NCBI GenBank assembly: GCA_038087875.1
Contig: JAXLNO010000536.1
Coordinates: 1 to 42,254, forward strand
DNA length: 42,254 bases
Direction: 5' to 3'
From: Malacoraja senta
Lineage: Eukaryota
Under the pieces are notes generated by a model, which had not been told where the DNA came from, did no database searches, and saw nothing but the letters and a program-made list of their open reading frames with translations. Below are positions 31,141-42,254 of the stretch, in pieces (positions within the stretch are counted from its first letter, which is position 1; each line of letters starts with the position of its first letter). A program made the position numbers and the translations under genes.

Positions 31141-31191
31141 GATGTGTGTGTGTGTGTGTGAGTCTGTGTGTGTGTGTGTGTGTGTGTGTGA

Positions 31192-31228
<37 letters not shown>

Positions 31229-31331
31229 TCTGTGTGTGTGTGTGTGTGTGTGTGTGAGTCTGTGTGTGTGTGTGTGTGTGCGTGAGTCTGTGTGTGTGTG
31301 TGTGTGTGAGTCTGTGTGTGTGTCTGTGTGC

Positions 31332-31363
<32 letters not shown>

Positions 31364-31481
31364 CTGTGTGTGTGTGTCTGTGTGAGTCTGTGTGTGTGTG
31401 TGCGTGTGTGTGTGTGAGTCTGTGTGTGTGTGTGTGTGTGTGCGTGTATGAGTCTGTGTGTGTGTGTGTGTGTGTGTGTGA

Positions 31482-31520
<39 letters not shown>

Positions 31521-31549
31521 TGTGTCTGTGTGTGTGTGTGTGTGTGTGA

Positions 31550-31580
<31 letters not shown>

Positions 31581-31614
31581 AGTCTGTGTGTGTGTTTGTG
31601 TGTGTGTGTGAGTC

Positions 31615-31645
<31 letters not shown>

Positions 31646-31665
31646 GTGAGTCTCTGTGTGTGTGA

Positions 31666-31696
<31 letters not shown>

Positions 31697-31771
31697 AGTC
31701 TGTGTGTGTGTTTGTGTGTGTGTGTGAGTCTGTGTGTGTGTGTGGGTGTGTGTGTGTGTGTGTGTGTGTGA

Positions 31772-31812
<41 letters not shown>

Positions 31813-31929
31813 TGTGTGTGTGTGTGTGTGAGTCTGTGTGTGTGTGTGTGTGTGTGTGAGTCTGTGTGTGTGTGTGTGTGTGTGTGTGCATCTGTGTGTG
31901 TGTGAGTCTGTGTGTGTGTGTGTGTGTGA

Positions 31930-31964
<35 letters not shown>

Positions 31965-32035
31965 TCTGTGTGTGTGTGTGTGTGTGAGTCTGTGTGTGTG
32001 TGTGTGTGTGTCTGTGTGTGTGTGTTGATGTGTGT

Positions 32036-32077
<42 letters not shown>

Positions 32078-32150
32078 CTGTGTGTGTGTGTGTGTGTGTG
32101 TGTGAGTCTGTGTGCGTGTGTGTGTGTGTGTGAGTCTGTGTGTGTGTGTG
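26850..32150 (+). repeat. Three related tandem units, periods ~2.14 kb then ~1.67 kb
   Basis: TTGAT 27327/29468/31139 and 28230/30379/32025, GCGTGTATGAGTCT 27633/29772/31442, GCATCT 28071/30220/31888. Confidence 0.85.
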
Positions 32151-32169
32151 TGTGTGTGTGTGAGTCTGT

Positions 32170-32211
<42 letters not shown>

Positions 32212-32337
32212 CTGTGTGTGTGTGTGTGTGTGAGTCTGTGTGTGTGTGTGTGTGTGAGTCTGTGTGTGTGCGTGTGTGTGTGTGTGTCTGTGTGCGTGTG
32301 TGTGTGTGTGTGAGTCTGTGTGTGTGTGTGTGTGTGA

Positions 32338-32420
<83 letters not shown>

Positions 32421-32423
32421 AGA

Positions 32424-32460
<37 letters not shown>

Positions 32461-32505
32461 TCTGTGTGTGTGTGCGTGTGTGCATGTGAGTCTGTGTGTG
32501 TGTGT

Positions 32506-32536
<31 letters not shown>

Positions 32537-32540
32537 AGTC

Positions 32541-32576
<36 letters not shown>

Positions 32577-32733
32577 TGTGTGTGTGTGTGTGTGTGAGTC
32601 TGTGTGTGTGTGTGAGTCTGTCTGTGTGTGTGTATGTGTGTGTGTGTGTCTGTGTGTGTGTGTGTGTCTGTGTGTGTGTGTGTGTCTGTGTGTGTGTGTG
32701 TGTGAGTCTGTGTGTGTGTGTGTGTGTGTGTGA

Positions 32734-32820
<87 letters not shown>

Positions 32821-32969
32821 AGTCTGTGTGTGTGTGTGTGAGTCTGTGTGTGTGTGTGTGTGTGTGTGAGTCTGTGTGTGTGTGTGTGTGTGAGTCTGTG
32901 TGTGTGTGTGTGTGTGTGTGTGTCTGTGTCTGTCTGTGTGTGTGTGTGTGAGTGTGTGTGTGTGTGTGA

Positions 32970-33000
<31 letters not shown>

Positions 33001-33053
33001 AGTCTGTGTGTGTGTGTGCGTGTGTGAGTCTCTGTGTGTGTGTGTGTGTGTGA

Positions 33054-33100
<47 letters not shown>

Positions 33101-33129
33101 TCTGTGTGTGTGTGTGTGTGTGTGTGTGA

Positions 33130-33164
<35 letters not shown>

Positions 33165-33238
33165 TGTGTGTGTGTGTGTGTGTGTGAGTCTGTGTGTGTG
33201 TGAGTCTGTCTGTGTGTGTGTATGTGTGTGTGTGTGTC

Positions 33239-33274
<36 letters not shown>

Positions 33275-33323
33275 TGTGTGTGTGTGTGTGTGTGTGAGTC
33301 TGTGTGTGTGTGTGTGTGTGTGA

Positions 33324-33404
<81 letters not shown>

Positions 33405-33473
33405 AGTCTGTGTGTGTGTGTGTGAGTCTGTGTGTGTGTGTGTGTGTGTGTGAGTCTGTGTGTGTGTGTGTGA

Positions 33474-33508
<35 letters not shown>

Positions 33509-33531
33509 TGTGTCTGTCTGTGTGTGTGTGT

Positions 33532-33565
<34 letters not shown>

Positions 33566-33743
33566 GTCTGTGTGTGTGTGAGTGTGTGTGTGTGTGAGTC
33601 TGTGTGTGTGTGTGTGCGTGTGTGAGTCTCTGTGTGGTGTGTGTGAGTCTGTGTGTGTGTGTGTGTGTGTGAGTCTGTGTGTGTGTTTGTGTGTGTGTGT
33701 GAGTCTGTGTGTGTGTGTGTGTGTGTGGTGTGTGTGTGTGTGA

Positions 33744-33781
<38 letters not shown>

Positions 33782-33937
33782 TGTGTGTGTGTGTGTGAGT
33801 GTGTGTGAGTCTGTGTGTGTGTGTGTGTGTGTGTGAGTCTGTGTGTGTGTGTGTGTGTGTGTGTGCGTCTGTGTGTGTGTGTGTGAGTCTGTGTGTGTGT
33901 GAGTCTGTGTGTGTGGTGTGTGTGTGTGTGTGAGTCT

Positions 33938-33974
<37 letters not shown>

Positions 33975-34003
33975 TCTGTGTGTGTGTGTGTGTGTGTGTG
34001 TGA

Positions 34004-34029
<26 letters not shown>

Positions 34030-34038
<9 letters not shown>

Positions 34039-34063
34039 TGTGTGTGTGTGTGTTGATGTGTGT

Positions 34064-34113
<50 letters not shown>

Positions 34114-34230
34114 CTGTGTGTGTGTGTGTGTGTGTGTGTGAGTCTGTGTGTGTGTGTGTGTGTGTGTGAGTCTGTGTGCGTGTGTGTGTGTGTGTGTGAG
34201 TCTGTGTGTGTGTGTGTGTGAGTCTGTGTG

Positions 34231-34263
<33 letters not shown>

Positions 34264-34418
34264 TGTGTGTGTGTATGTGTGTGTGTGTGAGTCTGTGTGT
34301 GTGTGTGTGTGTGTGTGTGAGTCTGTGTGCGTGTTTGTGTGTGTGAGTCTGTGTGTGTGTGTGTGTGTGTGAGTCTGTGTGTGTGTGTGTGTGTGAGTCT
34401 GTGTGTGTGTGTGTGTGA

Positions 34419-34449
<31 letters not shown>

Positions 34450-34588
34450 AGTCTGTGTGTGTGTGTGTGTGGTGTGCGTGAGTCTGTGCTGTGTGTGTGT
34501 GTGCATGTGAGTCTGTGTGTGTGTGTGTGTGTGTGTGTGTCTGTGTGTGTGTGTGTGTGTGAGTCTGTATGTGTGTGTGTGTGTGTGT

Positions 34589-34619
<31 letters not shown>

Positions 34620-34716
34620 AGTCTGTCTGTGTGTGTGTGTGTGTGTGAGTCTGTGTGTGTGTGTGTCTGTGTGTGTGTGAGTCTGTGTGTGTGTGTGTGT
34701 GTGTGTCTGTGTGTGT

Positions 34717-34785
<69 letters not shown>

Positions 34786-34885
34786 AGTCTGTGTGTGTGT
34801 GTGTGTGTGTGCGTCTGTGTGTGTGTGTGTGTGAGTCCTGTGTGTGTGTGAGTCTGTGTGTGTGTGTGTGTGTGTGTGTGAGTCT

Positions 34886-34922
<37 letters not shown>

Positions 34923-35257
34923 GATGTGTGTGTGTGTGTGTGTGAGTCTGTGTGTGTGTGTGTGTGTGTGTGAGTCTGTGTGTGTGTGTGTGTGTGTGTG
35001 TGAGTCTGTGTGTGTGTGTGTGTGTGTGTGTGAGTCTGTGTGTGTGTGTGTGTGTGCGTGAGTCTGTGTGTGTGTGTGTGTGTGAGTCTGTGTGTGTGTC
35101 TGTGTGCGTGTGTGTGTGTGTGTGTGTATGTGTGAGTCTGTGTGTGTGTGTCTGTGTGAGTCTGTGTGTGTGTGTGCGTGTGTGTGTGTGAGTCTGTGTG
35201 TGTGTGTGTTAGTGTGTGCGTGTATGAGTCTGTGTGTGTGTGTGTGTGTGTGTGTGA

Positions 35258-35302
<45 letters not shown>

Positions 35303-35539
35303 TGTGTGTGTGTGTGTTGATGTGTGTGTGTCTGTGTGTGTGTGTGTGTGTGAGTGTGTGTGTGTATGTGGTCTGTGTGTGTGTGTGTGTGTGTGAGTCT
35401 GTGTGTGTGTGTGTGTGTGTGAGTCTGTGTGCTGTGTGTGTGTGTGTGAGTCTGTGTGGTGTGCTGTGTGTGTGTGAGTTGTGTGTGTGTGTGTGTGAGT
35501 GCTGTGAGTCTGTGTGTGTGTGTGTGTGTTGATGTGTGT

Positions 35540-35585
<46 letters not shown>

Positions 35586-35713
35586 CTGTGTGTGTGTGTG
35601 TGTGTGTGTGTGAGTCTGTGTGTGTGTGTGTGTGTGTGAGTCTGTGTGCGTGTGTGTGTGTGTGTGTGAGTCTGTGTGTGTGTGTGTGTGTGTGAGTCTG
35701 TGTGTCTGTGTGT

Positions 35714-35755
<42 letters not shown>

Positions 35756-36191
35756 TGTGTGTGAGTCTGTGTGTGTGTGTGTGTGTGTGTGTGAGTCTGT
35801 GTGCGTGTTTGTGTGTGTGAGTCTGTGTGTGTGTGTGTGTGTGTGTGAGTCTGTGTGTGTGTGTGTGTGAGTCTGTGTGTGTGTGTGTGTGAGTCTGTGT
35901 GTGTGTGTGTGTGTGGTGTGTGTGTGAGTCTGTGTGTGTGTGTGTGTGTGCGCGTGAGTCTGTGTGTGTGTGTGTGTGCATGTGAGTCTGTGTGTGTGTG
36001 TGTGTGTGTGTGTGTCTGTGTGTGTGTGTGTGTGTGAGTCTGTATGTGTGTGTGTGTGTGTGTGTGTCTGTGTGTGTGTGTGTGTGTGTGTGAGTCTGTC
36101 TGTGTGTGTGTGTGTGTGTGAGTCTGTGTGTGTGTGTGTCTGTGTGTGTGTGAGTCTGTGTGTGTGTGTGTGTGTGTGTGTCTGTGTGTGT

Positions 36192-36258
<67 letters not shown>

Positions 36259-36357
36259 AGTCTGTGTGTGTGTGTGTGTGTGTGCGTCTGTGTGTGTGTG
36301 TGTGTGAGTCTGTGTGTGTGTGAGTCTGTGTGTGTGTGTGTGTGTGTGTGTGAGTCT

Positions 36358-36394
<37 letters not shown>

Positions 36395-36729
36395 GATGTG
36401 TGTGTGTGTGTGTGTGAGTCTGTGTGTGTGTGGTGTGTGTGTGTGAGTCTGTGTGTGTGTGTGTGTGTGTGTGTGCGTGAGTCTGTGTGTGTGTGTGTGT
36501 GTGTGTGTGAGTCTGTGTGTGTGTGTGTGTGCGTGAGTCTGTGTGTGTGTGTGTGTGTAGTCTGTGTGTGTGTCTGGTGCGTGGTGTGTGTGTGTGTGTA
36601 TGTGTGAGTCTGTGTGTGTGTGTCTGTGTGAGTCTGTGTGTGTGTGTGCGTGTGTGTGTGTGAGTCTGTGTGTGTGTGTGTGTGTGTGTGCGTGTATGAG
36701 TCTGTGTGTGTGTGTGTGTGTGTGTGTGA

Positions 36730-36772
<43 letters not shown>

Positions 36773-36797
36773 TGTGTGTGTGTGTGTTGATGTGTGT

Positions 36798-36843
<46 letters not shown>

Positions 36844-36958
36844 CTGTGTGTGTGTGTGTGTGTGTGTGAGTCTGTGTGTGGTGTGTGTGTGTGTGAGTCT
36901 GTGTGCGTGTGTGTGTGTGTGTGAGTCTGTGTGTGTGTGTGTGTGTGTGTGAGTCTGT

Positions 36959-37000
<42 letters not shown>
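34030..37000 (+). repeat. Tandem duplication, period ~1.47 kb
   Basis: TTGAT 34053/35529, 34921/36393 and 35317/36787; GCGTGTTT 34329/35803; GCATG 34503/35978; GCGTCT 34811/36284. Confidence 0.85.
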
Positions 37001-37018
<18 letters not shown>

Positions 37019-37124
37019 CTGTGTGTGTGTGTGTGTGTGTGAGTCTGTGTGTGTGTGTGTGTGTGTGTGAGTCTGTGTGCGTGTGTGTGTGTGAGTCTGT
37101 GTGTGTGTGTGTGTGTGTGTGTGA

Positions 37125-37197
<73 letters not shown>

Positions 37198-37374
37198 TCT
37201 GTGTGTGTGTGTGTGTGTGCGTGAGTCTGTGTGTGTGTGTGTGTGCATGTGAGTCTGTGTGTGTGTGTGTGTGTGTGTCTGTGTATGTGTGTGTGTGTGA
37301 GTCTGTATGTGTGTGTGTGTGTGTGTTCTGTGTGTGTGTGTGTGTGTGTGTGTGAGTCTGTGTGTGTGTGAGTC

Positions 37375-37404
<30 letters not shown>

Positions 37405-37436
<32 letters not shown>
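37405..37436 (+). repeat. (TCTG)8 tetranucleotide microsatellite nested in the array
   Basis: Eight consecutive TCTG units read directly. Confidence 0.9.
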
Positions 37437-37437
<1 letters not shown>

Positions 37438-37446
37438 GTGTGGTGT

Positions 37447-37496
<50 letters not shown>

Positions 37497-37950
37497 TGTG
37501 AGTCTGTGTGTGTGTGTGTGGTGAGTCTGTGTGTGTGTGTGTGTGTGAGTCTGTGTGTGTGTTGTGCGTGTGTGTGCGTGTGTGTGTGTGTGTGTCTGCG
37601 TGTGTGTGTGTGTGTGTGTGCGTGTGTGTGTGTGTGTGAGTCTGTGTGTGTGTGTGTGTGTGTGTGTGTCTGTGTGTGTGTGTGTTGATGTGTGTGTGTC
37701 TGTGTGTGTGTGTGTGTGGTGTGTGTGTGTGTGTATGTGTGAGTCTGTGTGTGTGTGTGTGTGTGTGTGTGAGTCTGTGTGTGTGTGTGTGTGTGAGTCT
37801 GTGTGCGTGTGTGTGTGTGTGTGAGTCTGTGTGTGTGTGTGTGTGTGTGAGTCTGTGTGTCTGTGTGTCTGTGTGTGTGTGTGTGTGTGTGTGTTGTGTT
37901 GTGTGTGTGTGTGTATGTGTGAGTCTGTGTGTGTGTGTGTGTGTGTGTGA

Positions 37951-37987
<37 letters not shown>

Positions 37988-38072
37988 TCTGTGTGCGTGT
38001 GTGTGTGTGTGAGTCTGTGTGTGTGTGTGTGTGTGTGTGAGTCTGTGTGGGTGTGTGTGTGTGTGTGTGTGA

Positions 38073-38107
<35 letters not shown>

Positions 38108-38262
38108 TCTGTGTGTGTGTGTGTGTGCGTGAGTCTGTGTGTGTGTGTGTGTGCATGTGAGTCTGTGTGTGTGTGTGTGTGTGTGTGTCTGTGTATGTGT
38201 GTGTGTGTGAGTCTGTATGTGTGTGTGTGTGTGTGTGTCTGTGTGTGTGTGTGTGTGTGTGT

Positions 38263-38289
38263 GGGGGTGGTGGGATTCTGTGGGTGGGG
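38263..38289 (+). other. G-rich island matching the canonical G-quadruplex pattern (possibly a base-calling artefact)
   Basis: GGGGG-TGGT-GGG-ATTCTGT-GGG-T-GGGG fits (G3+N1-7)3G3+; the paralogous positions carry ordinary GT/GAGTCT sequence. Confidence 0.4.
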
Positions 38290-38334
38290 TGGTGTAGGTC
38301 TGTGCTGTGTGTGGTGTGTGTGTGTGTGTGTGTG

Positions 38335-38335
<1 letters not shown>

Positions 38336-38367
<32 letters not shown>
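38336..38367 (+). repeat. (TCTG)8 tetranucleotide microsatellite, paralogue of 37405-37436
   Basis: Eight consecutive TCTG units read directly. Confidence 0.9.
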
Positions 38368-38401
<34 letters not shown>

Positions 38402-38463
38402 TGTGTGTGTGTGTGTGTGTGTGTGAGTCTGTGTGTGTGTGTGTGTGTGAGTCTGTGTGTGTG

Positions 38464-38498
<35 letters not shown>

Positions 38499-38499
38499 C

Positions 38500-38580
<81 letters not shown>

Positions 38581-38582
38581 GA

Positions 38583-38619
<37 letters not shown>

Positions 38620-38670
38620 TCTGTGTGTGTGTGTGTGAGTCTGTGTGTGTGTGTGTGTGAGTCTGTGTGT

Positions 38671-38743
<73 letters not shown>

Positions 38744-38788
38744 AGTCTGTGTGTGTGTGTGTGTGAGTCTGTGTGTGTGTGTGTGTGA

Positions 38789-38819
<31 letters not shown>

Positions 38820-38823
38820 AGTC

Positions 38824-38875
<52 letters not shown>

Positions 38876-38955
38876 AGTCTGTGTGTGTGGGTGTGTGTGT
38901 GGTGTGTGTGTGTGTGTCTGTGTGTGTGAGTCTGTGTGTGTGTGTGAGTCTGTGT

Positions 38956-38992
<37 letters not shown>

Positions 38993-39088
38993 TCTGTGTG
39001 TGTGTGTGTGTGAGTCTGTGTGTGTGAGTCTGTGTGTGTATGTGTGTGTGTGTGAGTCTCTGTGTGTGTGTGTGTGTGTGTGTGAGTC

Positions 39089-39122
<34 letters not shown>

Positions 39123-39203
39123 TCTGTGTGTGTGTGTGTGTGAGTCTGTGAGTGTGCGTGTGTGTGTGTGAGTCTGGGTGTGTGTGTGTGTGTGTGTGTG
39201 TGA

Positions 39204-39242
<39 letters not shown>

Positions 39243-39297
39243 TCTGTGTGTGTGTGTGTGTGTGCTCGTGAGTCTGTGTGTGTGTGTGTGTGTGTGT

Positions 39298-39336
<39 letters not shown>

Positions 39337-39489
39337 TCTGTATGTGTGTGTGTGTGTGTGTGTCTGTGTGTGTGTGTGTGTGTGTGTGAGTCTGTGTGTG
39401 TGTGTGATTCTGTGTGTGTGTGTGTGTGTGTGTGTATCTGTCTGTCTGTGTGTGTGTGTGTGTGTGTGTCTGTGTGTGTGTGTGTGTGA

Positions 39490-39528
<39 letters not shown>

Positions 39529-39716
39529 TCTGTGTGTGTGTGTGTGTGTGTGAGTCTGTGTGTGTGTGTGTGTGTGTGAGTCCGTGTGTGTGTCTGTGTG
39601 TGTGTGTGTGTGTATGTGTGAGTCTGTGTGTGTGTGTGTGTGAGTCTGTGTGTGTGTGTGTGTGTGTGTGAGTCTGTGTGTGTGTGAGTCTGTGTGTGTG
39701 TGTGTGTGTGAGTCTC

Positions 39717-39754
<38 letters not shown>

Positions 39755-39809
39755 TGCGTGTGTGTGTGAGTGTGTGTGCGTGTGTGTGAGAGTCTGTGTG
39801 TGTGGGTGG

Positions 39810-39844
<35 letters not shown>

Positions 39845-40133
39845 TCTGTGTGTGTGTGTGTGTGTGAGTCTGTGTGTGTGTGTGTGTGTGCGTGAGTCTG
39901 TGTGTGTGTGTGTGTGTGAGTCTGTGTGTGTGTCTGTGTGCGTGTGTGTGTGTGTGTGTGTATGTGTGAGTCTGTGTGTGTGTGTATGTGTGAGACTGTG
40001 TGTGTGTGTCTGTGTGAGTCTGTGTGTGTGTGTGCGTGTGTGTGTGTGTATGAGTCTGTGTGTGTGTGTGTGTGTGTGTGTGAGTCTGTGTGTGTGTGTG
40101 TGTGTGTCTGTGTGTGTGTGTGTTGATGTGTGT

Positions 40134-40181
<48 letters not shown>

Positions 40182-40299
40182 CTGTGTGTGTGTGTGTGTG
40201 TATGTGTGAGTCTGTGTGTGTGTGTGTGTGTGTGTGAGTCTGTGTGCGTGTGTGTGTGTGTGTGAGTCTGTGTGTGTGTGTGTGTGTGTGTGAGTCTGT

Positions 40300-40339
<40 letters not shown>

Positions 40340-40428
40340 GTGAGTCTGTGTGTGTGTGTGTGTGTGTGTGAGTCTGTGTGTGTGTGTGTGTGTGTGTGAG
40401 TCTGTGTGTGTGTGTGTGTGTGTGTGGA

Positions 40429-40459
<31 letters not shown>

Positions 40460-40512
40460 AGTCTGTGTGCGTGTGTGTGTGTGTGAGTCTGTGTGGGTGT
40501 GTGTGTGTGTGA

Positions 40513-40585
<73 letters not shown>

Positions 40586-40714
40586 TCTGTGTGTGTGTGT
40601 GTGTGTGCGTGAGTCTGTGTGTGTGTGTGTGTGCATGTGAGTCTGTGTGTGTGTGTGTGTGTGTGTGTCTGTGTATGTGTGTGCGTGTGAGTCTGTATGT
40701 GTGTGTGTGTGTGT

Positions 40715-40751
<37 letters not shown>

Positions 40752-40769
40752 TCTGTGTGTGTGTGAGTC

Positions 40770-40800
<31 letters not shown>

Positions 40801-40805
40801 CTGTC

Positions 40806-40869
<64 letters not shown>

Positions 40870-40921
40870 AGTCTGTGTGTGTGTGTGTGAGTCTGTGTGT
40901 GTGTGTGTGCGTGTGTGTGCG

Positions 40922-41033
<112 letters not shown>

Positions 41034-41143
41034 GTGTGTGAGTCTGTGTGTGTGTGTGTGAGTCTGTGTGTGTGTGTGTGTGTGCGTGTGATTCTGTGTG
41101 TGTGTGTGTGTGTGTGTGTGAGTCTGTGTGTGTGTGTGTGTGA

Positions 41144-41240
<97 letters not shown>

Positions 41241-41335
41241 AGTCTGTGTGTGTGTGTGTGTGTGTGAGTCTGTGTGTGTCTGTGTGTGTGTGTGTGTGAG
41301 TCTGTGTGTGTGTGTGGTGTGTGTGTGTGTGAGTC

Positions 41336-41385
<50 letters not shown>

Positions 41386-41470
41386 AGTCTGTGTGTGTGG
41401 GTGTGTGTGTGCGTGTGTGTGTGTGTGTGTGTCTGTGTGTGTGAGTCTGTGTGTGTGTGTGAGTCTGTGT

Positions 41471-41507
<37 letters not shown>

Positions 41508-41627
41508 TCTGTGTGTGTGTGTGTGTGAGTCTGTGTGTGTGAGTCTGTGTGTGTGAGTCTGTGTGTGTGAGTCTGTGTGTGTATGTGTGTGTGTGAGTCT
41601 CTGTGTGTGTGTGTGTGTGTGTGAGTC

Positions 41628-41677
<50 letters not shown>

Positions 41678-41702
41678 TCTTGTGTGTGTGTGTGTGTGAG
41701 TC

Positions 41703-41735
<33 letters not shown>

Positions 41736-41767
41736 GTCTGGGTGTGTGTGTGTGTGTGTGTGTGTGA

Positions 41768-41806
<39 letters not shown>

Positions 41807-41859
41807 TCTGTGTGTGTGTGTGTGTGTGCTCGTGAGTCTGTGTGTGTGTGTGTGTGTGT

Positions 41860-41896
<37 letters not shown>

Positions 41897-42000
41897 TCTG
41901 TATGTGTGTGTGTGTGTGTGTGTCTGTGTGTGTGTGTGTGTGTGTGTGAGTCTGTGTGTGTGTGTGATTCTGTGTGTGTGTGTGTGTGTGTGTATCTGTC

Positions 42001-42036
<36 letters not shown>

Positions 42037-42055
42037 TGTGTGTGTGTGTGTGTGA

Positions 42056-42100
<45 letters not shown>

Positions 42101-42218
42101 TCTGTGTGTGTGTGTGTGTGTGTGTGAGTCTGTGTGTGTGTGTGTGTGTGTGAGTCTGTGTGTGTGTGTGTGCGTGTGTGTGTGTGTGTGAGTCTGTGTG
42201 TGTGTGTGTGTGAGTCTC

Positions 42219-42254
<36 letters not shown>

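Larger units (their letters stand above)
19600..35270 (+). repeat. Long-range duplication: ~19600-23450 repeated at ~31500-35270 (offset ~11.85 kb)
   Basis: Ordered marker pairs: GCATCT 20004/31888, TTGAT 20177/32025, 22199/34053 and 23098/34921, GAGAGTCT 20572/32420, GCATG 20632/32482, GAGTCTCT 21158/33026 and 21770/33624, GCGTGTTT 22486/34329. Confidence 0.85.
36760..38540 (+). repeat. Tandem duplication, period ~0.9 kb
   Basis: TTGAT 36787/37685, GCATG 37245/38153, (TCTG)8 37405/38336, TCTGCG 37595/38498. Confidence 0.8.

Noticed and set aside
18613..40636. Minus-strand 5297, 5596 and 679 aa His/Thr-rich ORFs as real proteins
   Set aside because: The (AC)n strand lacks stop codons by composition. 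The ORFs overlap in different frames with equivalent sequence, run-length changes between copies are not multiples of three, and each ends at a singleton variant.

Overview
This window contains no recognisable gene. After about 53 bp of non-repetitive flank, it is one uninterrupted, single-orientation (GT)n/(AC)n-derived satellite that runs off the right end (>42 kb). The basic unit is GAGTCT followed by a variable (GT)n run, mostly about 14-45 bp per unit. A small vocabulary of rarer variant words (GCATCT, TTGAT, GTAT, GCGT, GTTT, GAGTCTCT, GAGTCTTT, GCATGTGAGTCT, GATTCT and others) recurs in conserved order. Used as markers, these words reveal nested higher-order duplications with offsets of about 0.5, 0.6, 0.9, 1.0, 1.1-1.2, 1.5, 1.7, 2.1, 2.5, 2.8, 4.2 and 11.85 kb, and a left-to-right turnover of variants. 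All ORFs in the track (Cys/Val on +, His/Thr on -) are compositional by-products of the repeat. An array of this type is most consistent with a eukaryotic, probably animal, genome (inference); the organism cannot be identified from this sequence. Marker positions were read by eye (accurate to a few bp) and duplication boundaries are approximate. I found no support for a new protein-coding system; the interesting content is the repeat architecture.
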